This document shows positions 29,601 through 39,900 of a stretch of 64,000 nt of DNA, piece by piece (position 1 is the first letter of the stretch; every line of letters begins with the position of its first letter). The DNA comes from an uncultured archaeon. GTDB taxonomy: Archaea; Iainarchaeota; Iainarchaeia; Iainarchaeales; DTGL01. The stretch is from contig CAZKED010000001.1 in the NCBI GenBank assembly GCA_964551725.1, forward strand, positions 55,770 to 119,769. The letters are read 5' to 3'. Made by a program: the position numbers and the translations under genes. Below the pieces are notes generated by a model. It worked only from the letters and a program-made list of their open reading frames with translations, was not told the origin of the DNA and did no database searches.

Positions 29601-32600
29601 GCGGAAAAGCCAGTTATCATTCTCACCGATGAAGTGCTCGAGATTGAATCGCCCGTTGAGATAAGCATGGAGCGCTGTGCTTTGGAGGGAAAATGCGAAA
29701 CCTCCGGGGAAGCGACAGCAAAAATAACCAATAACTTGGGACTGCCCGTGGAAGTAAAGGGCTTCAGGTTCGAGCACATAAGAATGCCCAACGAATTCAC
29801 GCTGAGCGCGGATGTTTCCGACATACTGGAGGGAGAGAGCGCTGTCTATATTACCGCGGTTTTCTCGGGAATGTACGACAAGCACCTGCACGGCGAATCC
29901 GACCTGGTGATAGAGGGAAGCGTGGGAAACGTTTCCGTGGAAGCGACGGCAAGAGTGAAAGTCAGCTACAACAAGGAACTGCCGAGCGACTGCCTCACAA
30001 TAGACAAGGATTCGCTGCAGGTTTTAATGCTAGGAAATGAGGGGTCTACTGAAACCGTTTCATTCGAAGTGGAGTACTCGAGAAGGGAGGAATGCTACAG
30101 GGATTCGGCGCTGGAATTCAGCGTTTACTCCGAGGCACTGCGGTCGGACGAGGACATCACAGTGGAGGAAACCACTTTTTCCCTTTCCCCGGGGGAAAAG
30201 AGGGACGTGAGGCTTTCAATAACAAACAATATAAAGCGCTTTTATTCCGCTTCACTGAAAAGGGAATTTGAAATATTCATTGAGTCGGCTGACATCACTA
30301 AAAGCATTCCCTTAACCGTGCTCTTAAAAGACCCGGTGTTTTTCCTTGAGACAAATGACAACATCACGCTCTGGATGAGCAAGGACGAGGAATCCGGGGA
30401 AATAAGCGGCATTGCGCCGCTGTACATGAGGAACACGGGCGAACTGCCCATTGAAAGCCTTTCGTTTTCCATAGCGGAAAGCCCGGCGTCAATCAACATC
30501 ACCGTACTGCAGGACGGGGGCAATCTCACCTATTTGACACAGCCCGCGCTGCAGGCTTATTCAGCCCGTATTCCAATGGGGGACGGAATGGCACTCTACG
30601 GGGCGCCGCTCCAGCCCGGGGAACAAGCGTCGCCGCCAAAAACAATCTATGCGAGCACTACTTCGACAGGCATTGACAAGGGACCGCACAGGGCAATAAT
30701 CGAAATACGCGGCGTGGTGAAGGGCGAGGAGCATTTCCTCAGGAACGTTGCGGTATGGATTCACGTTTCCACGCCGAAATGCCTCAAACTGTACATGACG
30801 GACACGGATTTCAGGAGCGCGGAGAGCGAGCAGGGAACGATTTCAAAAACAGCAACGATTGAAAACAACTGCGGGGAAACCGTGAGGGAAATAACGCTCG
30901 ACCCCAAAAAGTTCGGGGAGAACACTCTCAACCTAAACCCCCTGAGAAAGGCATTCCTGAGCCCGGGGGAAAAGACGGAATGGAAAGTGATAATGGAGAA
31001 AAGGGAGGATTACTCCGCGGAAACGGAATTGAGGGCTAAAGGATTCCTTGTTTCAACGCAGAGGTATATTTACTCCGACCCCATTCCCATAACAATTGCA
31101 ATAGGAACGGAAGCCGAAACAAGTGCTGGACCTTCGCTTGAAGCCTTCACAATGCCTGTGTGCGAAACGGACGAGGAAAAGGAAATACATTACCCGGACA
31201 TCGCTTCCTACGAGGACAAGGACTGCGCGCAGGGATACTGCGATGCGGTGCAGTTGAGCGAATTCCTGCTGAAAAAAGCGGAGGAAAAAATACAGGCAGT
31301 GAAGCGCAGGCTTCAGGACGGCAGCTATGATGTGAGCAATTTCGACAACTGCCAGGATTCCGCTGGACTTTGCAGTTTCACTTCCCTGGACGTAACGCCC
31401 ACAGTGCTCACCGTTTACATGAACAACGACAACCTCAGCGCTGAAGTCGCGGAGCACGTGAAGGACACCGGCTCTTTCCCGGAACTCAAAGGGTTTGTTG
31501 TCGATTACTTCGATGGCACGATATCCGACCTCGTTTCAAGGGAGGGCTTTTTCGCGCCGTTCCATTTGTACATGCCGACAAACGTCACCGGCTGCGGGAA
31601 ATACGTTTTCTCAGTGAAGGGCGCAGTGCAGAACATACAGGGAAAGCTCGAGGAAGACAAAATATTGATACTCATTGAGTTCACGGAGGAAAGGAAAATC
31701 ACTCCAGAATGCACGAACGAAGTGCAGAACGTAATGAATTTCCTGCCCGTGGACAAAGGGTTAACGCATAGAAACAACAAGAGCGCCTGGCCCGCTACAG
31801 TGGAAGCCACAAGCGAATTGGAGGAATTGGGCAAAAAAATTGCCGATGAATTGTTTGACGACGAGAAGCGCAGCACCACCGGCTCAGTGTCACTGAACAA
31901 GCTGAGGTTGAAATATGGTGATGAAGAACAGGGGGGCATTCTCGTAATAAAGCTCATGCGCGTTTCGAGCACCGAAGCAAGACCCAAGACTGTCGAGGCA
32001 CTCATTACGCCAATGCACAGGGACAGCGCGGATGACGTAAAGGAAACGCTTGAGGAAAGCATTGTTGAGGCATTTGGCAAGCTTGCGCAGAGCTCGCAGG
32101 ACCTAGACATGTGCATTGATGCACAGGGCGAGTCATTCACCCTTCTCGGGCTGGAATCCAGGGGGGAAATCTCGATTTCCGGAGAGGAAAGAATTGAACT
32201 GTACTACGAGGAGGAGGGATGCGCGGACCTGAATGTTTTCAGTTCCGTGATGGAAAAAGTTTCGCTTAAAACAAACTGGAAGGAAATGCGCGAGGCGGGA
32301 GAGAACGCGGGCTTGAGCGACGTTTACATTAAAGTAGCGGGGGAAAGGGTGAAGGAGTATTCCAACGAGGAGCGCGTGCTCGGCGATTCCTTCAGGCTTG
32401 AAAGGAATCCCGCGGGAAACAATTACTACATGGAATTCCAGGTCTGCGCGAAAGGAGACATTGACGCGATTGACGAAGCATTCGGCAAGGAAGTGAAGGT
32501 GAGAGCGAAAAGCGCTTCCTTTGCGGGAAGGGAAATGAAAGACTGGCATTCGGTGAGCATTGAATTGTGCTGGATTCACCCCTACAGCTTGCTGGACAAA

Positions 32601-34973
32601 TTGGAGGGAGTTCACGTTGACCCGGGTGAAACAAAAACGTTTTATGCAACGCTCAACTGGGAAGGCGACCCAGACAAAATCACCACTGCAGCGCTTGACA
32701 AGGCAAGGGCGGCAATGGAAACACTGGAAGAGGGCGACATTCCCGCTGGCGAAGCACAGGAAGGAAGCACACTGCTGCCTGCAAGCTCGGGTCCCGGAAT
32801 ACTCGCGGGAATGGCAGCATGCACCATAACGGATTTCGGAATAGGCGTGTTCATGTACACTCCCCTGGGCTCACTCGTTAATTCCGTGTTTGACTGCATT
32901 GTTCCCGGGCTGTGGAATTATTTGAAGACCACCACCTGGGGGACCCCCATTGTTAAAGCGCTTACAACAGCGTGGCAAACAGTGAAAAAGATTCCCGTAA
33001 TAGGACACATAATAAGCGGAGTGCAGACAGCGCTTGGATGGGTTGCCCGCGGCATAAGCAAGGCGGTAAGCGGTATTTACGGAGTAATGCTGGGCGAGCC
33101 CGGCGCTTCGGCGGAGGAAGCTACGGAAAACCTGCTTGCCTCTGGCGTAACCGGCGTGCAGATTAATTCCGTGCGAAGGTATCTGACAAGTGAAATGGCC
33201 GGCACAAAACTGCTGGACCTTGTTTCAATAAGACCCGGGCACGAGGGACAGCTGACGACAGCCGGCAGAGCAATCGCGAAGGAAACCGCGGACAGGGTGG
33301 CAGCGGATTATGTCGACGTAATATTCACCGGTGCTTCCTCAAGCGCCGATGACATTATTAAAGGGGTTAGGACGGAGCTAGCTAAAGCCCTACAGTCCGA
33401 AATGGAAACCGAGTTGAGGAGAGTGGGCAACACTGTGCACAGCAACCATGCAGCCGCAAAGCTTTTCGGCGGAGACGAACTGGGAAGAGGTTACAGAACA
33501 GCAAGCGTTTCAAGCATTATTGACGATGCCTCCAAGGGTCCCTGGTCTAAAGCGTACGAAAAGCTCTGGTCCTCAAAGTTCGCGGCAAGAGGCACTACAA
33601 AAAAGAGCATGATGGACTGGGTGCAGCACGCGGACGTGAAGGGCGCGGAGATTGCCAACAGGATTTTGCAGGCAAAGGCGAGCGTTTTGGATGACCTGGC
33701 AGGACCGGCTTTGGTTGAAGGCGTGACATTCCCAGATTTTGGAATTGATGATATTCACGCAACAGGCGCTCGCGACAAGGTCGTCGATGCTGTGACAAAC
33801 AGCATTTCTGGCAAGCTTAAAAGCAAGGGAATAAACCTGACCAGCACCATGCAAACGAATCTGAGGGAATCTGTTGAAACGGCAGTAGGTGCTGTGTACG
33901 CAGAAACTCCCCATATACCAGGCAACAGACCACTGGTTCCAAACCCAGAAGCCGGAGTAATACGGGGCAACAACGCCAAGGTCGCCGCGCAGATGGCGCT
34001 TGATGATTTCGTTTCAAAGTACGGGGACAACCTGCTCAGAGCTTCACCCGAAGCGCTGAAGGCAATGGCCCAGAAACTTGGAATAACGGTGGATGAATTG
34101 TTAGAGCTTGGCGCGAAAAAGACTTTCTGGCAGAAATGGTTCACAGCAAAAGGATGGGCTGAAAGGGGGCGCAGGCTCGTGAACTGGAGGAACCTGAAGG
34201 AATTCGGAAAAGCCGCTGGATTGGGAATGCTTGCCAACTGGGTCGGCGGCTTCGTGGCGGAAGCGGTTAACGCGGAAGCACCCGAGGAAGCCGAGGCGGG
34301 GATTGCAGCGCCGACTATTGAGGGCGAACCCGAATTCCTGGAAGGATATATTGTGAGCTCGCCCGAATACGTGTACAAGCACCGCACTTACAGGGTGGAT
34401 GTTACCGGCGGCAGGGATGGAAAGCCGCGGTATTCTCTCAACATGGTTGACACTCCGGAAGAAAGGGAGGAAATGCGCGAGGCAATTGCTGAGAATCCTG
34501 ACATTGTGCTGACCGACTCGTGCAGTGAATCTCCCACCAGAGACATGGGCGGGGTGTTTATCGCAAGGCTTGTTCCGGACTTCGAAAAAGAAGGGGATTA
34601 CGCGCGCGCCTATTACCTGTACGGGGACGCTTTCAGCAGCACCGCCACTTACTATCAGCTGGACGATTCACTGCTGATGGCTGTTTTGATGGTTTCGCCG
34701 GAGAAAATAAGGGATTGTGGCATACCGAATGACTGGTTCAAGCAGGCAGACGAAATACAGAAGCAGTCCATTGACTGCGCGGGCAAAAAACTGTGGGAGA
34801 ACAGCGCAAGCAACCTGAGAAGCCAGCCCGGCGATTACCACGAGAACCTTGAAGGAGTGCTCGAGGGAATGGTCGGCAGTTCTGCCTTTGAAAGCACGGA
34901 AGACTGGACCAATTATATTGACATGGTTTACGGGAACGACGAGCGCTGGAATGAAAATTACCAGCCCGATTGA
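26643..34973 (+). CDS. Giant membrane-anchored surface protein 1 (2776 aa) with carboxypeptidase-regulatory-like repeats, hydrophobic insert and C-terminal SLT-like domain
   Basis: N-terminal FY.KIEDKWY amphipathic segment plus TM, repeated D..G.PL.GA.V.+ modules, and a YCDAVQ motif shared with three downstream paralogs. Confidence 0.85.
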   Translation: MFGNSLGSFYTKIEDKWYSAIDWLDRKGIPFYVFTDFLEKRGIPSLPFSIAVLFLLVLLLSTVSFGTAVNATLSFNISDAHGDPLQGVTVTITDAAGKQVEKKAVSDGGKILLQGAPVGAVYEISAAKPGYVQDDTTAKIDSASVNVYLTLRADLQLAEGMLSLVDERSGTAVRNPVCIVKYEGLDIDGSVDSKQVIHFSGIPAGEEVIVQCTANGYEDLSIPIAFREGETMQQVMTPLTAALTGDSFVLVSLYEWTDGEAKPLSGVRLIIKNAETGNTISDVNLGEDAEYAETLKKGTVITITAEKEGFITAVWPETTLREEETPIEIVMRKGGEKLVVRVNAEDTGPLSGAIVQLYDAAAELIKEETTDFSGFVELVGMDPNATYYITAYKDLYVAQRKKIIPGELEELVFTLEYASPQNSSTLSIKVLDSAGFYANGASLYFYERSGEEVLPLGIPVKYADLRGEAIAQVEKEKLVVVVAKKDLEEGEGEAEITQSSHEMEIQMEKPVNFVELKLVDEFGNPVPGTANISTQSGEELYSGEISDAIWFDSQGNEKVVLAVEQEGEKIYEEEVEVDSKTEIEIEIPLGEEARIPAIEFLGVFNAMDEEVEGITRGEYYWLKFSASLPQSEKSGVHVRVGNDSQKFADEQRVGIYGFDSAPGDFFFGRSYQPPSGQAIDYKNRGKAGEKNKWVEIYFDNPADTEIIRVKVKTEETFSREEFEVHFRAFAKFRGKFYNSPQSTGEMQLYSETYSESVRVFTTRTLCSEGLCAGYLFRDAEGMEFRENEFKPILERPYALEITLSAKEGEKVNLTASTRANAAAMAFWGISLDEFAVVPEQGYELASADIADVQVERGEEVKAVVYFMPKETGQGYLEISVQGTENEIRKKFYFDVAEERNISIEMPGKGKLTLGENLFLRLTDAETSEFLTNAKLRLENIDTEKIEVSTVGTNTRNNGLNGEYSLETSHLEPGFYKIVASLYGYVEAEKPVIILTDEVLEIESPVEISMERCALEGKCETSGEATAKITNNLGLPVEVKGFRFEHIRMPNEFTLSADVSDILEGESAVYITAVFSGMYDKHLHGESDLVIEGSVGNVSVEATARVKVSYNKELPSDCLTIDKDSLQVLMLGNEGSTETVSFEVEYSRREECYRDSALEFSVYSEALRSDEDITVEETTFSLSPGEKRDVRLSITNNIKRFYSASLKREFEIFIESADITKSIPLTVLLKDPVFFLETNDNITLWMSKDEESGEISGIAPLYMRNTGELPIESLSFSIAESPASINITVLQDGGNLTYLTQPALQAYSARIPMGDGMALYGAPLQPGEQASPPKTIYASTTSTGIDKGPHRAIIEIRGVVKGEEHFLRNVAVWIHVSTPKCLKLYMTDTDFRSAESEQGTISKTATIENNCGETVREITLDPKKFGENTLNLNPLRKAFLSPGEKTEWKVIMEKREDYSAETELRAKGFLVSTQRYIYSDPIPITIAIGTEAETSAGPSLEAFTMPVCETDEEKEIHYPDIASYEDKDCAQGYCDAVQLSEFLLKKAEEKIQAVKRRLQDGSYDVSNFDNCQDSAGLCSFTSLDVTPTVLTVYMNNDNLSAEVAEHVKDTGSFPELKGFVVDYFDGTISDLVSREGFFAPFHLYMPTNVTGCGKYVFSVKGAVQNIQGKLEEDKILILIEFTEERKITPECTNEVQNVMNFLPVDKGLTHRNNKSAWPATVEATSELEELGKKIADELFDDEKRSTTGSVSLNKLRLKYGDEEQGGILVIKLMRVSSTEARPKTVEALITPMHRDSADDVKETLEESIVEAFGKLAQSSQDLDMCIDAQGESFTLLGLESRGEISISGEERIELYYEEEGCADLNVFSSVMEKVSLKTNWKEMREAGENAGLSDVYIKVAGERVKEYSNEERVLGDSFRLERNPAGNNYYMEFQVCAKGDIDAIDEAFGKEVKVRAKSASFAGREMKDWHSVSIELCWIHPYSLLDKLEGVHVDPGETKTFYATLNWEGDPDKITTAALDKARAAMETLEEGDIPAGEAQEGSTLLPASSGPGILAGMAACTITDFGIGVFMYTPLGSLVNSVFDCIVPGLWNYLKTTTWGTPIVKALTTAWQTVKKIPVIGHIISGVQTALGWVARGISKAVSGIYGVMLGEPGASAEEATENLLASGVTGVQINSVRRYLTSEMAGTKLLDLVSIRPGHEGQLTTAGRAIAKETADRVAADYVDVIFTGASSSADDIIKGVRTELAKALQSEMETELRRVGNTVHSNHAAAKLFGGDELGRGYRTASVSSIIDDASKGPWSKAYEKLWSSKFAARGTTKKSMMDWVQHADVKGAEIANRILQAKASVLDDLAGPALVEGVTFPDFGIDDIHATGARDKVVDAVTNSISGKLKSKGINLTSTMQTNLRESVETAVGAVYAETPHIPGNRPLVPNPEAGVIRGNNAKVAAQMALDDFVSKYGDNLLRASPEALKAMAQKLGITVDELLELGAKKTFWQKWFTAKGWAERGRRLVNWRNLKEFGKAAGLGMLANWVGGFVAEAVNAEAPEEAEAGIAAPTIEGEPEFLEGYIVSSPEYVYKHRTYRVDVTGGRDGKPRYSLNMVDTPEEREEMREAIAENPDIVLTDSCSESPTRDMGGVFIARLVPDFEKEGDYARAYYLYGDAFSSTATYYQLDDSLLMAVLMVSPEKIRDCGIPNDWFKQADEIQKQSIDCAGKKLWENSASNLRSQPGDYHENLEGVLEGMVGSSAFESTEDWTNYIDMVYGNDERWNENYQPD

Positions 34974-34987
34974 AGGGGGAAAAACTG

Positions 34988-36706
34988 GTGAATGAGCGCG
35001 CTTTCAATCTGTTCACTGCTCTCCTGGGATTCGTGCTCATTATTCTGACCTCGCTGCTTGTAACAAGCATGATTTCAACCGAGGAATCAGCAACAAGCCT
35101 CATAAACGACTTGCAGGACCAGGCGAGAATTGAATCCGTTTCAAGGCTTGCACGCGCAGATGCAATACAGATAGTGAACTACGGAATGCGTATGAAAATA
35201 GACGAATGGCTGAGGGACAGTTCCTTTTCGCCGAGCGACCCGGACACGTGGGAGGACTGGGATGCCATAGTGGACGAATTCGAGAGGAAATTCGGGAGAG
35301 CCGAGGAGGGGAGCACGCAGCCGCTCATCAATAAAATAACGGGGCATCTCACGGGGCTGTTTGAATCATACGAGTTCGCGTTCGAGGGTTATAGGGTGAG
35401 GGTTATAAACAAGGGCAATTTTTCAAAAGTGCTGAATCCTTTGCTTGAAAAAGAGGTAGCGGAAGGCAGGTTGCTCGAGGTGATTGAGTGCAATGGAACG
35501 CCTGAAGACTGCGAAAGGGGAACTTTTTACGTTAACCTGAACATTGCGGAATTGAGCGACGAGGAATACGAGCAACTGCCTTTGCTGCAGGTCGAATACA
35601 GGAAGGGAAGCAAGACAATTACGGTGAGCGACCCGCTGCTTCCGAGGAACAACATGCGCTTTTATTTTCCCTTCAGGTTTTTCAAGGCATTGAGCTATGC
35701 AAGGCAGTTCACGCACAGCGGGAGCGACGGGAAACTTGATTCCGCATTGCTTATAAACGGGGGACAGGATTACGGCTTTCTTTCCCCGAGAATCCACAAC
35801 GAATTCGATGCTTACGCGCTGGGCATATGCGATTACGGGTACTGCTATCCGAGGACAAATCCATTGTATCCCCCGGAAAAAAAGAGCATACAGAAGGGCT
35901 GCCCGTTGGGAGCAGGCGCCGGCTCGAACCAGCTGGACAGCGTGCAGCTTTCGTTCAGCACCCCCAAGCACAGCATAAGCGAAACCTATAACCCGGGAAG
36001 CGCGGACGACATGAAGGAAAAACTCAAAAAAATCGCAAGCATAAGGCTCTGCGAAATTGCCGAAAACACGCTCGGCGGGGTGAGCGATTCCGACTTCGAG
36101 GTTGTTTCCTCCGCTGTTCAGGGAACAAGCTGTTATATCGCGGAAATTGACAGGATGCACATTTATGAAACGCCCTCCAAGGAAATCGTGACAAAAAAGC
36201 GCGGCGACACGAGCGACGGCTGCGACGGCCAGCCCACGCATCCGCCGGGAACAACGGTTTCAGCGCAAGTGGTCAACGCGCCCAGCACAGGGGTGTGCCC
36301 TTACAATTTCACCCTGCCGGTGAACAGGAGAGTCGGAGTCTACTACTCCGGCGGTGAATGGGAGTTTCCTGTTCTCCGTACAGAAAAATGTGCGGGGGTT
36401 TCCGCCGGCTCAAGCGGTTCGGTGAAGTGCATGGAATTATCGGAGATAAAAATCACCCTCGGCTTCAGGGAAAACAACGAGAACTATAAAGTGATAAACG
36501 ATTTGGACCTGCAGTACAATATAGGGGTTATAACGAACCGCCTGACAGGATTCAATCCCAATTACGACCAGGGCGCAGTGGGAGCGGACTGCGCTTTTAA
36601 CCAAGCACCCCAGGGAGGCAAGTGCAATTCTTCGGCTGGCTGGGTTTGCGAGAACTGGGTGGACTGCTATTACGGCGGAAAGGCTGTGGCATGCGTTCCC
36701 GCATAA
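34988..36706 (+). CDS. Large pilin-like/adhesin protein with class III-like signal and Cys-rich C-terminus
   Basis: (M)NERA/FNLFTALLGFVLIILTSLLV from GTG 34988, with an alternative TTG at 34970. Many Cys residues. Confidence 0.7.
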   Translation: MNERAFNLFTALLGFVLIILTSLLVTSMISTEESATSLINDLQDQARIESVSRLARADAIQIVNYGMRMKIDEWLRDSSFSPSDPDTWEDWDAIVDEFERKFGRAEEGSTQPLINKITGHLTGLFESYEFAFEGYRVRVINKGNFSKVLNPLLEKEVAEGRLLEVIECNGTPEDCERGTFYVNLNIAELSDEEYEQLPLLQVEYRKGSKTITVSDPLLPRNNMRFYFPFRFFKALSYARQFTHSGSDGKLDSALLINGGQDYGFLSPRIHNEFDAYALGICDYGYCYPRTNPLYPPEKKSIQKGCPLGAGAGSNQLDSVQLSFSTPKHSISETYNPGSADDMKEKLKKIASIRLCEIAENTLGGVSDSDFEVVSSAVQGTSCYIAEIDRMHIYETPSKEIVTKKRGDTSDGCDGQPTHPPGTTVSAQVVNAPSTGVCPYNFTLPVNRRVGVYYSGGEWEFPVLRTEKCAGVSAGSSGSVKCMELSEIKITLGFRENNENYKVINDLDLQYNIGVITNRLTGFNPNYDQGAVGADCAFNQAPQGGKCNSSAGWVCENWVDCYYGGKAVACVPA

Positions 36707-36977
36707 CTGCGTTACGGAATTTTGGCGAAAAATTCGGGCGCAAAACATTTAAATAAGAAGTCAGTCATAATAATGTCATTATTGATATAAAGAATATAAA
36801 AAGAAAAAATAAAAGAGAGCTAAACAGGCATAAAAGCAGGGAAAACAGCGGTAAAAAAGAGGGAAACTCCTCAAATGGCGGGAATTGCACCGGAAAGTGA
36901 AAACAGGGGAAAACATATAATTAAATACACAATTCGGAAGAAATTATTTAATTGGTAAAGGTTATTAAGTGAATAAA
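36707..36977 (+). promoter_or_regulatory. AT-rich intergenic region with TATA-like boxes upstream of giant protein 2
   Basis: TTTAAATAAG near 36748 and ATTAAATAC near 36920. Confidence 0.4.
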
Positions 36978-39900
36978 ATGGGTGTGGTGGATTCAATCAA
37001 GGATTTCTACTTCCGCCTTGAGGAAAAATACTATAAATTCGTTGACTGGCTCGACACAAAGCATTTCCCCTACTACAAATTCGTTGACTTTGTCGAAAGC
37101 CGCGGCATTCCGAGTTTTCCGCTTTCCATAGCTGGAATTGCTGTCATTGCACTGCTTTTGTTTTTCTTTGCGGTTCCCCTGCTGGGAATCGAATTTCCCA
37201 TTGCAAGAGTGCCTCTTTCAGTTGAGGTAATGGACGGGAAAGGAAACGGGATATACAACGCCTTGGTGGAAATAAAGGGAGCAGATTTTTCGGAGCAGGG
37301 AAGGACAGACGGAGCGGGAATTGCGGAATTCAACGTTCCGATGGAAACCCAGTTAACGGTAAGCGTTGAAAAGAGCGGGTTTGAAAAATACGCGGACTCG
37401 TTTTCCGTCAGCAGGGAGGAAACGAAAACAATCGAGTTAAGCGCGGAGGAAATCTCGAGGGAAATACTGTTCAAGAAAAAGGGGACAGAGGAGCTCGTGG
37501 AAGAGACAATAAACGTTTCATTCGAGTGCTCCAATATTGAGGCGGATTTCGAAGAGCAGAGAACAGTGCAAAACGGAAGGGTGGAACTGGATGGAATCCC
37601 CGCAAACTGCGGTCTGCTGGAAGTGAAGGTTGAGGGCTTTGCAGTGGACAAAGACATTGATTTGGATGAAACGCTGCCCGAAGTTTTCCTGGCCGGGGAA
37701 GAAGCCGGAAAGGGAAGAGTGTACGTTCTCGTGAAGGAAGAGGAAACAAAAAAACCCCTTGAGGGAATGCGCGTAGTGCTTGTCGGAGCGGTGGAGCGCT
37801 CCGATCTGAGCGATGAATCGGGAAGCGTGGTATTCGAGGGCGTTCCGGCGGGAGATTACTACGTAAAAGTAATGGATGCGCTCGAATACGAGGACCATGT
37901 TTCGGACACAAAAACGCTGCAGGAGGAAGACAGCGTTACTTTCAGCATAGAACTCGGAAAAGCGGCAAGGGCGCAAATAAACCTCAAAGTGGTTGATGCT
38001 ACAGGGGAGCCAGTGGAAAAGGCAGCACTCAAGCTCTACAGGCAGGGGGGAACAAGCGTTGAGTACTCCGGGGAAACCGACCCGATAGGGCAGTACACTT
38101 TTAATGTTCCCACTGAAACAAAATACACGCTCGTGGTGGACAAGGCGGGATACTTCAAGGCGCAGCTTTCAGTCGAGGCACAGGAAGAATTTTTTGAGGT
38201 AACGCTGAAGGAACAGACCTCGGAGAACGGCGGGTCAATTGCAGTGAGCGCAAAGGACCAGAAAGGGAATGCTGTTGAAAACGTGAAGGTAGAATTAAAA
38301 CTTGCCGACGGGGAATTCACGGGATACAGCGCTTTCACGGGAGCGGACGGAAGGGCTGAATTTACAGCAATAGAACCGGGCAATTACTACGTGTACGGCT
38401 CGAAGCAGGGCTTTGAAGGGTATGCAAGCAACGAGTTCCAGGTAAGAGAAAGGGAAATAACAAGCGTGCAGCTGGTGTTCGTAATAGGAGAGGGCGAGTT
38501 CCTGGTAAAAGTGCTCGACGATGCGGGAAACGCGCTGGCTGGTGCAAGCGTTGAAGCAATTGACGTTTTCACTGACAGGATGATGTCCCAAAAAACAACC
38601 GATTTAGAGGGCATCGCGCATTTCAGGGAGAGAGTGGACAGGAAGGTTTTTTTCGTGACGGAAGCCGACGGCTTTTTGCCTTTTGTGTCACTGCCCTTTG
38701 TACCGGTGCAGGACTCGCAGAGAGAAGTGGAAATCCGCATGATAAAAGGAACGGGAAAAATTAAAACAAGCATGACACTGCTGCTCAATGACATGGAAGT
38801 CAGGGAATTTGTCTCGGCAGGCGAAAGCTATAAGGCATTGGTGCAGCTGGTGCTGCCGAGCGAATACAATAAAGCGGGAATTCATTTGCGCGCGGGAGAA
38901 GATACTGAAGGAAAAGTGAATTCCGCCGAAGAAGACATCATTTTCATAAGGGAAATCGAAGCGGCGAACGCCAATATCAGGACAGGTTCAACTTATACCC
39001 CGCCTTTCGGGAGCGGGCAGGATTACGCAAGCAATGGGAGCACCAAGTGGGCGAACATAGAATTCGAGCCCGGGAAAAAGGGGCTGCCGAGCAGGGGCGT
39101 GTTCAACGCAATCGCGGAAGTGCAGGTAAGGGACGAAGCGGCAATGGGCGAGGATACAAAAATAAGCTACCGCGGTTATGGAGTAAGTGCAACGTATTCA
39201 AGGGACCCGATTGACGCGGCGCTTGGGAGCGCCGAATCCTCGGCAAGAAAGCATGGACTGTACGCGCAGGCATACGACAGGCATTTTTCCGTCGGACAGA
39301 GCAATGTGTGCAGCGGGGGCTACTGCAGGATTATCTTTATCGAGGACGTTGAAAGCGGAATGAAGAGCGCGGTAATTGATTCGTTTCCCGCGAACATTTC
39401 AAGCATGTATGAGTTAAACGTGAAACTCAACAAGGCAGGCGCGGGAAGTGTGAGGAATGCCTTCCTCGAAGTGCGCAACCCGGAACAGGGACTGGAATTC
39501 GGGGAATACTCAATCTCCGACGCGGCGGGAAGGAAGTTCGAGGGAAACGCGAACGGAAGCGAACTCTCAAAAGCCGTGGGAGACCTGGCGCAGGATTTAA
39601 GCGTGAGCGCGAGCATTGAATTCCAAACCCTCAAGGAGGGAACAAACCAGATTGAAATCTCGCTTGCATCGGAATCCGGAAAGGTGTTCGGGCAAACAAT
39701 AAAGGTGAACGTGAGGGCGGGAGAAGAACTCCAGCTTGAAATCGTTCCCAAGGACATTGTGCCCTTCATCGACAACCAGCTGCTTTTCAGGGTTTCCACT
39801 CTGGAGGATGCACCAGTCCCAAACGCTTTTATCGAGCTTTCCCTTGACGGATACGACCTTGCAAGCGGGGAAACCGATAGCGCGGGAATATTCGCATTCG

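Noticed and set aside
36707-36977. Longest intergenic gap as a possible ncRNA or CRISPR leader
   Set aside because: No repeats, tRNA fold or convincing stem was seen. AT-rich promoter sequence explains it.
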